A DNA stretch of 64,000 nt from Massalongia carnosa (GCA_965645245.1 OZ287084.1:868001-932000), one strand, 5' to 3'. Counted from the stretch's first letter, positions 27,392-41,865 are shown. Made by a program: numbers and translations. The notes: generated by a model not told the origin, from the letters alone.

Positions 27392-28537
27392 CTACACCTG
27401 CTGGTGATGTCCCACTGCAGGCTCTGTGGGTGCTTCAATATAGCTTCCAGGAGCATCTCTCCTCTCTACGGATTCTAACAGCCCCGTATCCCCTGCGGCA
27501 TGCCTGTTCTCCACCGGACGGTTGGTCGGATACTCCTCCTGCCCGACCACACTCGTGGCAGCCTCGGACGGGACCGCGTTGGTGCCTAGCCTTGCGGCCG
27601 CCGTTGGGACTGGCTCCAGGCTGGGCCTCCAATAGTGAAGGTCTTCTTCCGCGTCCGTGAGGATTTGGTGCGCCTGGTGCGCATGCTCAAATCGCGGGCG
27701 TCTGTCCCCGGGCACGACGGGGGTGTCGTCCAGCAGGTTGAGCAGGCGACGCCCGTGGCGAGCGAGCATGATTTGCTTCTCGGCGCGCTCGATATGAGCG
27801 GCGAAATGGATGTCGTAGGCTTCTTTAAGCTTTTGCCGGGTCTGCGTGGGGTCCGTTAGCGGCGAGATACGAGACGCGAGGGAGGGTGCGAGAGTGATAC
27901 GATATTCGTCAGCTGAGCCTCGGCGACAAGATTCTGCGCTTCCGCTCTCACGAGTTCCTGCTCTAGTGTGACGAGTTTGGTGCTCTGAGGCTCCTTGTAC
28001 TTGAGCTTCTGGATTTCGTCCGCGATCTTGGCCTTGTGATCCCGGCTCGGCTGGACGGAGCCCTCGGTGTTGCGGATCTGCTTCAGCACGCTCCGATATT
28101 CTTCCAAGTTCTGCGCGAAAACGTCTTCCTGCTCTCCCAACTCCGACATCAACACGCCAACCTTGTCCGAGATGTCGGACACGGAGTCATCGCCTGTAGC
28201 CTCGCCCCAGTCGGACAGTTGCGATGCAATGGAGATGCGTTCGCGACTTGCAGATTCATAGGCGCCGATGGCGTGGTTTTCGCTCTTGATGATTTTGAAG
28301 AGCTTCTTGCTCAGTTCTGGCTGCTGGATGCCACGGAGAGACGCCATGGTAAAGCGGTGCTTTGGGGTACTCTTCTCCGGGCCGCTGGCTGTTGATCCAT
28401 GGTCCTTTTTTGACCGAACGGAGAGCGATCGATTCCTGACAAGGTATACACGTCGTAAGTCTTATGTTAGAGACGTATGTATTTCAGGTTGAGGATGAAC
28501 GATCTATGTACCGATAGACTTGTAGATGTACTTACAT
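27392..28537 (-). CDS. Eisosome BAR-domain protein, Pil1/Lsp1 family
   Basis: SDISDKVGVL, LKQIRNTEGSVQPSRD, KLKYKEPQS, LEQELVRAEA, LLNLLDDTPVVPG; the spliced N-terminus is MNRSLSVRS, with the ATG split by intron 28436-28535; second intron about 27841-27900. Paralogue not assignable. Confidence 0.92.
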
Positions 28538-28711
28538 GATTGGGGGTCCCTGTTCTGTAGGGGGTAATACCTATGCGGCTATACTTGAAGCTGTAGCAAC
28601 AAGCGAAATGGTAAGCTGTTCAACGGATGCTCTGTTATTATCGAGTTCCAAGGTGCGAGGGCGAGTGGGATGCAAAAGTCACAGACAGAGTAGAGTAACC
28701 GCCCACGGCAC

Positions 28712-28769
28712 GATAAGGCTCGGCCCTAGCGTAGATCTATGTTCCGAAGCTTGATAAGCACGTGATAAG
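28712..28769. promoter_or_regulatory. Three GATAAG motifs and an overlapping CACGTG upstream of the Pil1-family gene
   Basis: GATAAG at 28712, 28753 and 28764; CACGTG at 28759. Confidence 0.3.
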
Positions 28770-28800
28770 GCAGGGTGATGACGTATATCCCGAGAGAAGG

Positions 28801-28836
28801 GGGAAAAACGGGGAAAAACGGGGAAAAACGGGGAAA
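28801..28836. repeat. 10-bp tandem repeat (GGGAAAAACG) x3.6 in a divergent promoter
   Basis: Three perfect units plus GGGAAA. Confidence 0.9.
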
Positions 28837-29154
28837 TGGCGTACTACAAAGTACGCTTCAACCGGCAGGAGCGATACTAGTGTCATCTGATCAGACTTAC
28901 GTAATGAAAATTCTACCAGATGTTGATTTTGGTGGGGCAAGATTTTGGTATGGCGTTTTTTTGGTCATGCGCGTGCCAGAGTACCGACACAGAAAGATCA
29001 ATAAAAGATTAGTAAACAAAAATGAAATTTCCTCCTTGAAGCATCAATTGTGCTACTTATCGGTTTCACAGGACTTCCTATTCGTACAATTCCCCTTTGG
29101 CGTCTTAAGGGGGACTCAGTGGGTGTCCCTCCATACACAGTGGTTACCCATCTC

Positions 29155-30628
29155 ATGTCCTTCAATCAGTTGCCAAACGAGCTTCTCATCCTGCTATCAC
29201 ATCATATACTTCCCGATGACCTAGAAAACTTTGCCCGGACGAGCCGTCATATTCGGTTGATCACGGCGTCCAAACTTCAAGAGCATGCAAGGCTCAGAGC
29301 AAATCTTACCCTTGCCTACATGTGGCCACAGGATACTGTGGAATTTCTTCGGGGTTACTGCGCGAAGCCCTTTTTCAATTCACACTACATCCAGTCGGTA
29401 GTGCTTACAGCATGGCCACTAGAGTCCATCGCTCGAGAGGATGGAGAGGAAATATCAGCGGCGATTCGAAGCGATTGCGTCACGTACCGGTTTCCTCTCA
29501 GCAGAAACGGTTGAAAGGTGGATTCCCAAGATCCTTAACGGCAACGCTGGTGCGACTAACGCGTTCATCTTGGCCAGCTTGCCCAGGATCCAAAAGCTTG
29601 ATATTCGCGGCACCTCCAAGGATTACAGGTACATCAAGACCATGGTCGAAGCAATTGTGGAAGCGCAGAGTCGCCCCGAGAACTTCCAAGCTTTGACTCA
29701 GCTGCGTAACATCTTCATACAGCATTCGCCGAAAGGGAACTTGCAGAAGCTAGAAAAATTCGTTCCCTTTCTGGCTCTACCTAGTATTAGGAAATTCCAC
29801 GGAATAAAGATCATCTGCGACGACATAGAATCCTCATCCTCCTTGATGAAGCCTAGGAGCTCTGAACTAAGCAAATTAAAGCTGCATCAAGGCGCATACA
29901 CAGTGAAAAGTTTGTCGTGTCTGTTAAGGAGTGTCAAAGCTCTACAGAGTTTTCATTATTCGCCGTGCGGCGGGGGACAGTTCAGCAGCACGGCGCTCCG
30001 CGACGTTTTGGTGCGGCACGCTAGAGACACGCTCCAGGTTCTCAAGATTCTTGGTAAAGGATTCGATGATTTCATCAATCCATTGCAGGGCTTCAAGGTT
30101 CTCAAGACGGCCCACCTTACCTGTGGCGCCGTCATTAAAGACACGAAGATGGCCAGGCTGGTCGACATGTTCCCTCCTTCCATCCAGACCATCTTGCTAA
30201 ATGGTATGATTTCAGAGGTCATGGAACTTGACCTATTCCACTCTTTCATCAGGCTGAAGGAGAGCCATTTGCCAAACCTGACATCTGTTACTTTAAAGGA
30301 CGGTTCCAGAGCGCGCAACGATATGATTCTGTGTAGAGACCAGTTCTCATTCGCTTATATGAGAATTAGGCGGAACTTACTCAGGGTTTCATGTATAGAT
30401 TTGGAGGGCAAATGGATATTTATTGGGCAGAGAAAAGACGGGTGTTTGCTGGGAGACAAGTACTCGCTACCCAAGCATCTTCCCTTTTCCGAGGAGTGGA
30501 AGTCGTCCTGGAATCAATCAACACGGAACCTGGATTCTAATGTTGCAGTTATTGAGCATGACGGCGCTGTTTTCCCGGGGGTTCTTGTAAGATGTAGCTG
30601 CGGAGAGATGTCTATGAAAACGGCTTAG
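29155..30628 (+). pseudogene. F-box plus LRR-like protein with a frameshift near 29430-29450 (or an assembly error)
   Basis: N-terminal FNQLPNELLILL..HI.PDDLENF F-box; the LRR-like body (LPRIQKLDI, LPSIRKF, LSKLKL, LQSFHY) is in the +1 frame, with no plausible intron between them. Confidence 0.6.
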
Positions 30629-31219
30629 AGCCGGCAAGCTCTCATCCTCAAACCAACGTCAATGCTCCAGCTCCCCTGTTCAGTCGTATTGTTTGTACCA
30701 CTACTTCTTCCTCTCCGCCATACGGCTCTTCTATGGCGACTGTAATGGTTACTGAGTGCTCAGTTATTTTTCCGCCGTTGAAGTTGAATGATTCATTTTG
30801 CTTGCAAGAAAAAAGTTGTGGAATCAGACTAGAGGGAGTCTAGACGCTCTATCTGAGCATTCAGCCCCTGCTATCAACCCACTCTCTCTTGCAGGGCTGT
30901 GAAAGCTATATCTTTGAACAAACTTCATTGAGAGGAGGATGTTCTTTGGTTGGGAAAAGCTGCGTAGGTGAGATCGAGCGGAGTTTGACTGATTAATTTG
31001 GAAGGGCCCATTTAGGAGCTTCAATAAGTTTCGGGTTTAATTGTTAACGATGTGTAGATTTGGATCTACTCCTTTCTACTAACAAACTCCAGCATAACCT
31101 CGGTGTAGATCTTCAATTTGTTCTCACTTCCCATGATTTACCAACAAGAGCATGCAAAGTAACCCAAACTTTCCACAATCGGTTCAGGGGGATCAGGTTT
31201 AAAAGACAGTTAAGGGTAG

Positions 31220-31697
31220 CCTATCAAGCCAACAAAGGGAAAAGCCAGCTGCCCCGCTTCGGTAGACCAATCCTGCCTATCGTTAGCAAAGTTGTTTCAT
31301 GCTCCCGAGGCTGCCAACCTTGATCAGGTCTGTCCCTGCGTTCACGAAGCCTTGCCTCTTGACGCGTTTCTCGTCGGCCTCAGGAGCGGCTTTTTGAATG
31401 ACCTCGCGCAGCAAGTCCTGCATGTTCGTCTCCCTGACAGGGTTTCATGACTGTCAACTAAAGTGATCTGATTAGGGGGTTTACGAACAGATCTTACATG
31501 GAAGAAGTCAAGACCAGGGGCATCTTATTAGCCGTGGCGAAGGTGGCCAAGATGCGCACGTTTTTCTCCAGCAGCGCGGCATCGATGGAATGAACCTAGC
31601 CACAGGTACAGATCTGATGATCGATGAGGACAACAGCGGTTTCGTCAATGTTGAACGATTTTGTAAAGTGCCCCTTGTCATTGGGATGGTTTGCCAT
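31220..31697 (-). pseudogene. Isochorismatase-family (YcaC-like) hydrolase remnant
   Basis: MANHPNDKGHFTKSFNIDETAVVLIDHQICTCG*VHSIDAALLEK / NVRILATFATANKMPLVLTSSMET / KAAPEADEKRVKRQGFVNA / DWSTEAGQ. TAG at 31596-31598, an A-run frameshift near 31560, and the central catalytic-Cys region appears deleted. Confidence 0.7.
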
Positions 31698-32099
31698 GGT
31701 TGCTGTGGAGTATTGAATTTAACTGTATCTGACGAGTTGAATATGAATACCTGTGTTTTAGGTAAGCTGAAGACTGAAATGCTTGTACAGTCAACCCGTC
31801 GTCTCTACATTTCTTTTGTATGTATATTTTCATTGACTCGGCCCCGAGCTTGGTCTAAGACTAGTTATTCCCAGAGTGATTTGAGGCTTGGTCGACTTCC
31901 AGCGCCAAAAAGCCACACCCCTTTACCTTTTCGGGCTACCAGTAGCGTCGATCGCGCAATTCAAACACATCTATCAATTTCGGGCTTGGATCCATTTCCC
32001 TTGAAAATACCGCGTATTCTTCTTCTCATTCTCCATGCTCTTTCCTTTTCCATTTCCATTACCCTCGCCTCTTTAAACCCCCCAATGTCTGTCGCCACT

Positions 32100-33275
32100 C
32101 ACTTTTCCATGATGTAACATAACCACCATACGCGGACGCCCTCCTCTCTCAATGGCCGGGTGTGGATGCACCTTTGCTCCATTCTGGTGAAATCGTACCT
32201 AGCATTATCCAGAATGGCTCAGGGGTCAAGCTTCCTTGTAGATAATGTCCCTTGAGCAACAGTCAACCTAGGAGCTTTTGAGGGCCTGATATGGAATATC
32301 CATACCATCAACGTAATCCCTTTCAGTGCCCACAGATCATGCTCCAGCAAAAGTTCAGGAAGAGCAACCCACGCTTTCTTGAAGAATACCCCCGACTCGG
32401 TTTGCGAAGGAGAGATGTGTGTTTCCTTCCCTTCGGTTATGGGCCGACCCAAATCCAAGATACTGTTCGTCTTTGAAGACTTAAGCCCATTCACAGTAAG
32501 CGGTAAGGGGTCAGGGAGCCCCACGATTAGCACGCACACAGCCTCCCCCGAGATCACGGCCCGCTTGGTTCTTAGGATTCGGTTCATGGAATTCCTGCAG
32601 CTTTCCCAGTGCAAAATAGGACACGGAGCAGTCATTGCGTAATTTTTAGCGTATGCATAAATACCATCTTCCGTCAAAGACAGAAAATCCTGCAAAAAAT
32701 CACAACGAATCAAGCCGGAGGTTTGCGTGATCACCCTCTCCTCTTCGGTGAGCCGTTCCGCCGTCTCTTGGAATGACCGCAGAGAACCTAATCCGGATGA
32801 GGTAGACGTCCCGTTGGCTAAAGTTGTCCACGGGGAAATTGATCCGCGGTATCCTTGTGCAGCGGTCGCTCCTTCAAAAGGACCGTAAGGTATTTGGTCG
32901 AGCGGAGAAACACCGAGACAATCCGCTCCTTGCTGGGGCGTCTCTGTAGCCAAGTAGTATATCAACACCAACCGGTCACCACAGAGGCTTTGGCGGGGAA
33001 GTGTTTTTACTCGCCGGATGATAGTGCGAGGCATCTTTTATGTACCCTCCGGTAAGACGCACTGCAGACCGTGCTGTTGCCATCGCGAGAACCGCGAAAT
33101 CCCAGACCCCAGACCCCAGCGGACTTTTTTGTTATAACAGTTTCAAACACTTGAGAAACCATTCACATTAGAGTCAAGAATCCTGCATTTTTAGGCCATC
33201 CTCGCTTGAACTCACTGCCTTGCGACTTCGAGTGGCGTCCATGATCAATATTGAGTCTCCTACACCTTGGCATGT
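32100..33275 (-). pseudogene. Zn(II)2Cys6 / fungal-specific transcription factor remnant
   Basis: Middle-homology-region motifs CPILH, FFKKAW..L..LL...DLWALKGITLM, then intron 32251-32305, GHYLQG and EEGVRVWWLCYIMEK (32103-32146). Eroded zinc-cluster halves C-Q-x-CRRL (about 33250-33272) and FSRWQQHGLQCV (about 33056-33092). Confidence 0.6.
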
Positions 33276-33781
33276 GATTTACGAACATGCTGAAAAACGA
33301 ATACAACCGTGAAAATGTCCGGTCTGTAACGTCTGGATTGATGAAGCGTGTCACATGTAATATAGCATGCCAAGACTTCCCCTATTTGAGTGTCAAAACT
33401 ACCCTTAATCGTTGCCCCTTAACATGTCGAAACACGGTTTGGGATGCTATTACGAGGAGATGGAAAGTACAGGGAGAGAAAGAAGGTAATGGATTTCTAC
33501 TAGAGCGTTTGTGCTTGTCGTGTGTAAGTATAAAGCTCGGCTCCACCAATGAGATTTTCGAACATTAGATTTTTTCCTATTGTCCATCCATCGAAACGAC
33601 AATATCTACATAGAGAGCACCATAAAGGGCGGAGATTATGACTAGAACTTTCCTTTTCTTCTTAGTTTCAGATAGCTCACTTTCAATCCAAGCCACGCCT
33701 GCTGTCATGACATTGTGATCAAAAACAGCCTGATGGCATAAAACCCGAGACCAAAACGCCCGATGAACGAGATCCTGTCGT

Positions 33782-35871
33782 CTAGCTCGGATCGCTATAC
33801 CGCAAACCCGCGGGCCGGCCGTCGGTGATGTCTTTATGAACCTTGAAAGGGCCCCACGTGGGGAACTCGCAGATGTCAGGGGCCTTGGTAACGACAGAAC
33901 TGACGACAGAAACCTTGAGGTCGCAGACCTGATCGCGGGCGACGGCTGAACCATTAATCTATCAATCGAAGCTTAGCGTCAAATCAAATTTAAGAAAGCG
34001 ATAGAGCTAGGGCATTCTCTCCTACATTCGTGATTCTCCAATGAAGGTTCTGCTTCAGGTACGCCACCACGGCAAGTTCGTCGTTCAGATCGACCTTCCC
34101 GGCATCCGCGTCACGCCTTAATGCTTTGGTTAAGGGAACTGTACCGGTGATGATCAGATCGCGCTTTTTGGTCGTGCCCGGAAAGGAGTTGAACACGCTC
34201 TGACTGCCGACCAAATTTGGGTCCCGGGGCCAGCACGTCGGATCGGTGGTGAAATTGCCAAGGAAAACGTGAATGTGGAAGGTGGATTCAAGCGCGTTTT
34301 GAGCCACACGGATGTTGGTGATCCATTCTGTGTAGGTATTGCCATCAACCGGTTCTTCATACGTGGCTGCCGACGCCGAACGCCCAAGCACGCTGCGTAT
34401 CTTCGTACCAAGCGCTTCTGAGAAACCGGCCGCTCTTTTGGCTTGGCTACGACGGTTAAAAGACCTGCCGGCGGAGACGTTGTAGAGCTCGTTCACTGCG
34501 AGCTTGACCGAGGCCACAGTCCCTCCTTGAAGTTCCGGATAGGTGTAGCCGAAGGTGTCAACGTACCGCGCCGAGGTGGAAGTCCAGAAGTCGCCACCCG
34601 AGTTTATGTGGAAGGGTTTGAGCGGGGTGTTAGTGTCCACGGTATCTCCAGTTTTGATGGTGGCGGTTCCTTCAACCGCCTGGGCAGGTTCGACCCAGCT
34701 GTTGGGGTAAATGGCCTGCCATATCGCCGCAAGTCGATCCACGTTGCTGTGATGTAAAAAAAATATCGGGTCGAAGGCAGAGTACTCGAGCTATGTACGC
34801 CTTAACAAGCATCCAAATATGCCGGAATGAATTTCAACCGTCAGTCGGAGCTAGTGCTGCTTACATATGCCATATGCCCACCATTCGTGCCCACCAAGCC
34901 ATGTATTTGATCGTGAAGAGATTCAAGGCTATCGTAGGTGTTGGAAGAGTCGGGGAACCATGCCTTGTTGCTGAAGTTTTCGTATAAGGGATACGCCTGG
35001 AGTAGGTTTATAAAGCGTTGACTGTAGGAACTTTGCGATTGGTCCACTTGGTCGACCACCAACGGGTTCTGACTTTCAGCATCGTTATTCTGGGACGTAG
35101 GATATCTCAGGGTATGGTTCCAGGTCGAGAACTATAGCGATTTAGCTCCACCTTCGCAGATTCCGTGGTCGTCGTACTTACCGGTGGATTGGGCAACTGG
35201 TTGGGATCCAGAGGATGAAAGTGATAACGAAACAGCGGGTTGCCTATCGTTTTGATCCCCGTAGGCAGGTTCAGTTGGATCCACGCGGAACCGGCGATGG
35301 CGGAAGGGAGCACATGCTTTCCGGAAGGTGGGGAAGCAGCCCAGTCCCAGAATGGAATCCGAAACGTTGCCGCGGCTTGGGTATAGTCATCGCTGTTGAA
35401 GCCGACAGCCAAGTCTTGTATAATATCAAACAAGATTTGCTCGTACAACGCAAGATACGGGCGATGCCAGACTGGAAACAAGGTCGAGGAGTGTGTGCAG
35501 TAGCCGGTGTACTGTCCATCTGCAAACTCCACGTTGTCCCATGTAGTGAACGGTCTTCCATGGATGCCTGCGACCTGGAAGTAGCTGGCTATGTCGGACT
35601 GCGGCTTGTCGTAATAGAATTTCTCCAACCCGAGCAGATACAGATTCCATTGCGGGAGATTCTTCTGCAGTTCGCGAATCTCCAGTCGAGGCGGTGGCGC
35701 TCCTGTGGAATCACGACCCTGCTGCACCCCAGTGATGGCAAATGACGCCCGTTTACGGAAGCTGGCTCGAGTTGATTGACCCTCTCTCCCAGCGATCGCA
35801 TCGCACACGCCAACTAACAAACATAGCCATATTAAGTTGATGCCGAAGCGCATCGTGCGAATGATAGACAT
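33782..35871 (-). CDS. Secreted tyrosinase (type-3 copper polyphenol oxidase) with C-terminal domain
   Basis: Signal peptide; CuA AGIHG, GYCTH, WHRPYL; RIPFWDWA; CuB HDQIH, FDPIFFLHHSNVDRL; FGYTYPE; four exons in frame, ending ITDGRPAGL..* at 33782. Confidence 0.93.
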
Positions 35872-36387
35872 AAACGAGGGTGGTTGGAGTATGTAAAATG
35901 AGAGTAATTATTACTATTTAGAATTATGTAGAACAAAAGAGCGACATATGCAACAGTGAATGAAAGAATGACTGGCTAGCAGTAGGAAAGATCAAGTTAT
36001 TTGGGTGGAAGGGAGGGGGGTTTTATTGAGAGCAACAGCGGGGGGCCTGAGCCACCAACATATATATCTGGAAAGTGAAGGAGTGCCTATGTAACCGAAC
36101 GAAAGACGAAAACGAAATACCGTATTAATCGACAAATAAGACCCCTATTAAACCAGAGTGGTCAACACGAAAGTCATTGGAACGGGGTTTTACTTACACG
36201 CAGAAGGGTTTACAAAATATGGTTTTACATAGCAGGACCCCCCCCATGTTCGAAAATAAGCAATTTGAACGGGGTTTTATCCAGAAGCAGCAATTAAATT
36301 AAAAAAATCTAGTTTGTCGCGGAAAAACTTTGTGACTTATTCTTGCAAATCTGCCTGCGCCTAATTCTCCGTCACGTCACGATCACT

Positions 36388-37262
36388 ATGTCAAGAGAAA
36401 CAACTCATCATGAGGTATGTCTAATCCATCTCAAGAACCCGCTTTGGTAACACTTATCTGAAAGTAAGATTGTCGAGCCTATTAACCGCAGTCGCCGTCC
36501 GTCAGTGCCCAAGCCTCAAGCTTCGTCTGCTCAAGTTCGACACTTCCTCGTTAATTTCTTCCTCGTTCTCGATGATACGTTGACTGAAACGGACGCTGAA
36601 GAGAAGGCCAAAGATTTGAGAACAGATGGTAAAGGTTTGTACGAGATATCTGCGGAGCAGTGGCTGGAGACGTTTGGTACGCAAGGCCAAACAACCTATA
36701 ATGACCTCCAGGAGGGCGACTTTGGTCATGTACTTTTTTTCTTTTTCTTTTACCCGCTCGTTTCTCTTTAAAATATGAACTATAATTAAATCCTATCAAA
36801 GCACAGGTCGGAATTTATTGGCCCACTATTAGCTTGGTTGGAAAAGTCTTTAGCGCCATGGCTATTTTCACCGGAACAGAGCAATATTTCAAGGGAGAAA
36901 GCGTCAAAAAATCCGCAGTCTTCGTCACCTGTACCATCCTCTCCACAGCAATCGTCTTGTGGTACTACTTCTTTGGACTCAACTTCATCATCAACAATCC
37001 ACGATTCCCGGAGAAACTTAAAGTGCGAACCACAGGGCCTTCGAAAACGGGGTTATGGGACCTTTGGCGCAGTCAGCTTAGCAAGAAGCATGCAGTTCAT
37101 AGCATGGTAGCTTTAGAAAATGACATCTCTTTTACCGAGACATACATTAAGCGAATAAAACGAAGGGCTTATCCTCACATGGATAAATTGGTTATTCAGG
37201 GTTTGGAGGTGGGGGGTTCTAAACAGAGAGTAGTGCTTAGCAAGTTCAGGTACGAAAAGTAA
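36388..37262 (+). CDS. Hypothetical 3-exon membrane protein with a SAM/Pointed-like N-terminal region
   Basis: Exons about 36388-36414, 36469-36729 and 36807-37262 join in frame; QVRHFL...DGKGLYE.....W...FG..G...Y..LQ resembles a SAM fold; one or two hydrophobic segments follow. Confidence 0.5.
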
Positions 37263-39048
37263 CTAATTACCGACCGTTACAGGGGCTCGTTGCTCGTTGC
37301 TCGTTGCTCAGTGCTCAGTGCACACTCAAACGCCTTCAAAAATCCTTATCAAATCGATCGATTCATTAATTACCATTAGCGTCGCGCCGCCGCAGCTGAT
37401 ATCTTACTGATCGCCACTCTTCAATCTCCTCGTCGAGTTGGTCGAAGGGGTTGCAGCGTTTCAACATGCATGGTCACCAGTCAGGACGCAGTGCTCGCTG
37501 TACGCGGTACGCGACTCTGTGGAGAAGCTATGAAATCTTGGTGCTCTGTTACAGATCATTGGTCGGCATCAAATATGGACGCATGACGCGCTGTACCACA
37601 GTACAAGACAATGAGGAAAGTCGGGAGTAGATTGGATCATCCACTTCCTCGGCTCCTTTTGGTATCATTGTCGGTAGCGGGTGATCGGATCGACTCTCGC
37701 TCGTGGGAAACATTCTTTTTCCCCGCTCATGACTTTTTCTTTTTCTCAATGAAGGGTTAACGCATGAACTAGCCTCGTCGCGGAAAGCTGGGCGGATTTT
37801 TTCCTTTTTCAGCATTAGACGATACAGAACCGTTGATGATCTCCACAAGGATGCCGAATGCAAAGGGGGTTTGGTTACTCACCGCAATGATTATTGGCTT
37901 CATTGTTGATGTTAAAGGGACACGTTACCTAGTTGGAAAGAGTAGGAAGATCTGGGTACAGTAAGTTAGAATTAATGAAAGACCCTGCGCTTACCTACGT
38001 TGAGACTAACTTAATGGGCAGAATCCCTTACTCTTCCCATTCGTCAACGTCCTTGACAACTTCGATCGCTCCTCAATTTGTGCCGTTCCCGAAATGACAT
38101 GGCGGCTGTGGCTTCAGGTACGAGAGTTAAAAGCCCGGTGGGACGATAGTTTACGTGTGCGGATCAGAGAGCGCTTTTCTCCCAGGGTATTTATTTATTA
38201 GGTGGGTCACGGAGCAAAGAGTACAGAGTACAGAGTACTCATCTCGCGAAACGATGGAAATAGATCAAGTATCGACGTGAGCCTGCACGAGGACATTTAA
38301 CATATCGACCTCTGCATGAAGATGTTAGCAGAGCGTTACGGTGGGTATCAATAAAGCATCGTCTGGTCATCTGATCGATAATGGCGCATCTGCCTCAATT
38401 TCGTTTCGAATCGTTTTGCCACGGTTGTAGGGGATCCTGCCGAAGCTTACAGAAAGTTAGCTGCCTAGTTGCTGTGGATTTCCCGTGTGCTAACTGGAAT
38501 CGAAGAACCTATGCGCCCATTTTTAGCTCGGAAGACTTGGCATCTTCGGTACTTCGTACTCTGTACGGTACGAAGTACTCTGTACGGAGTACTGAGCATC
38601 GAGTAAACAAGGCCTCTTTTTAGCCAAACGCTCATTTCCCGAGCTGTACGAGGTGTTCGTTGCGTATCGAATGACACGCATCCCTAACGGCGTCGGTTCC
38701 TGTTGTCGCATCGGCGCTTCGGTCGCCAGAGTCAACAAGCCATAGTTGGGTGACAGGGCTACAGCAAGCGGTCCACCAGGTAATTCAACGGTACGACCGG
38801 AAGGAGTACGAAGGACCGAAGACCGAAGGACCGAAAACAGAGTACCCTGTGGCGAGTACCAGGTACTTGTACATTAAGCTAGGTACAAGGTACTACAAAC
38901 AGTTTCCCCAACTATCACATGATTACCTATCGTGGCGGAATGTTCCCTTTTGCTGCCAAAACGCATCCGACTCGACCCTAATCGTGCCGGAGTAGAGCTT
39001 CTCCGCCAATAAACCCGCCCGCATGCTCAAGCTCAACAGCCTTCACGA

Positions 39049-41509
<2,461 letters not shown>

Positions 41510-41865
41510 GTTGAGTTGAGTGAGATTTATCTCTTATATAAAGCTTATGTCTCAGACTTAGAGCTTATGGAAAGATATCTCAGTGGTCCATTTGGAAGAA
41601 TTGATGTGAGAACTGGGTTTGTATCTGTATTATAGTGCATACCTAGTAGTAGCAGACAGGACGCGAGCATGGTGGTGCATTGCGGCTCTTCGGCCCGTTG
41701 TATGTAATCCGAGCCAACGAACGTCTCTTCCTAGCGATAACGTTGGTGAGGTCATTTTATGTCCTCTTCCACAACGCCTCGTCGCATAACTAAACGCGCT
41801 TTTGCCATATCAACATAACTCGTAGAGTATAGCCTAATGATAACTAGGCTAGGCTCCGGGCAAAC

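Noticed and set aside
33577..33954. 125-aa minus-strand ORF
   Set aside because: Wrong frame over the tyrosinase last exon and its 3' region.
37285..37322. (GCTCGTT/GCTCAGT)n 7-bp repeat as an array-like element
   Set aside because: Simple short tandem repeat with no spacers; CRISPR is not expected in fungal DNA.
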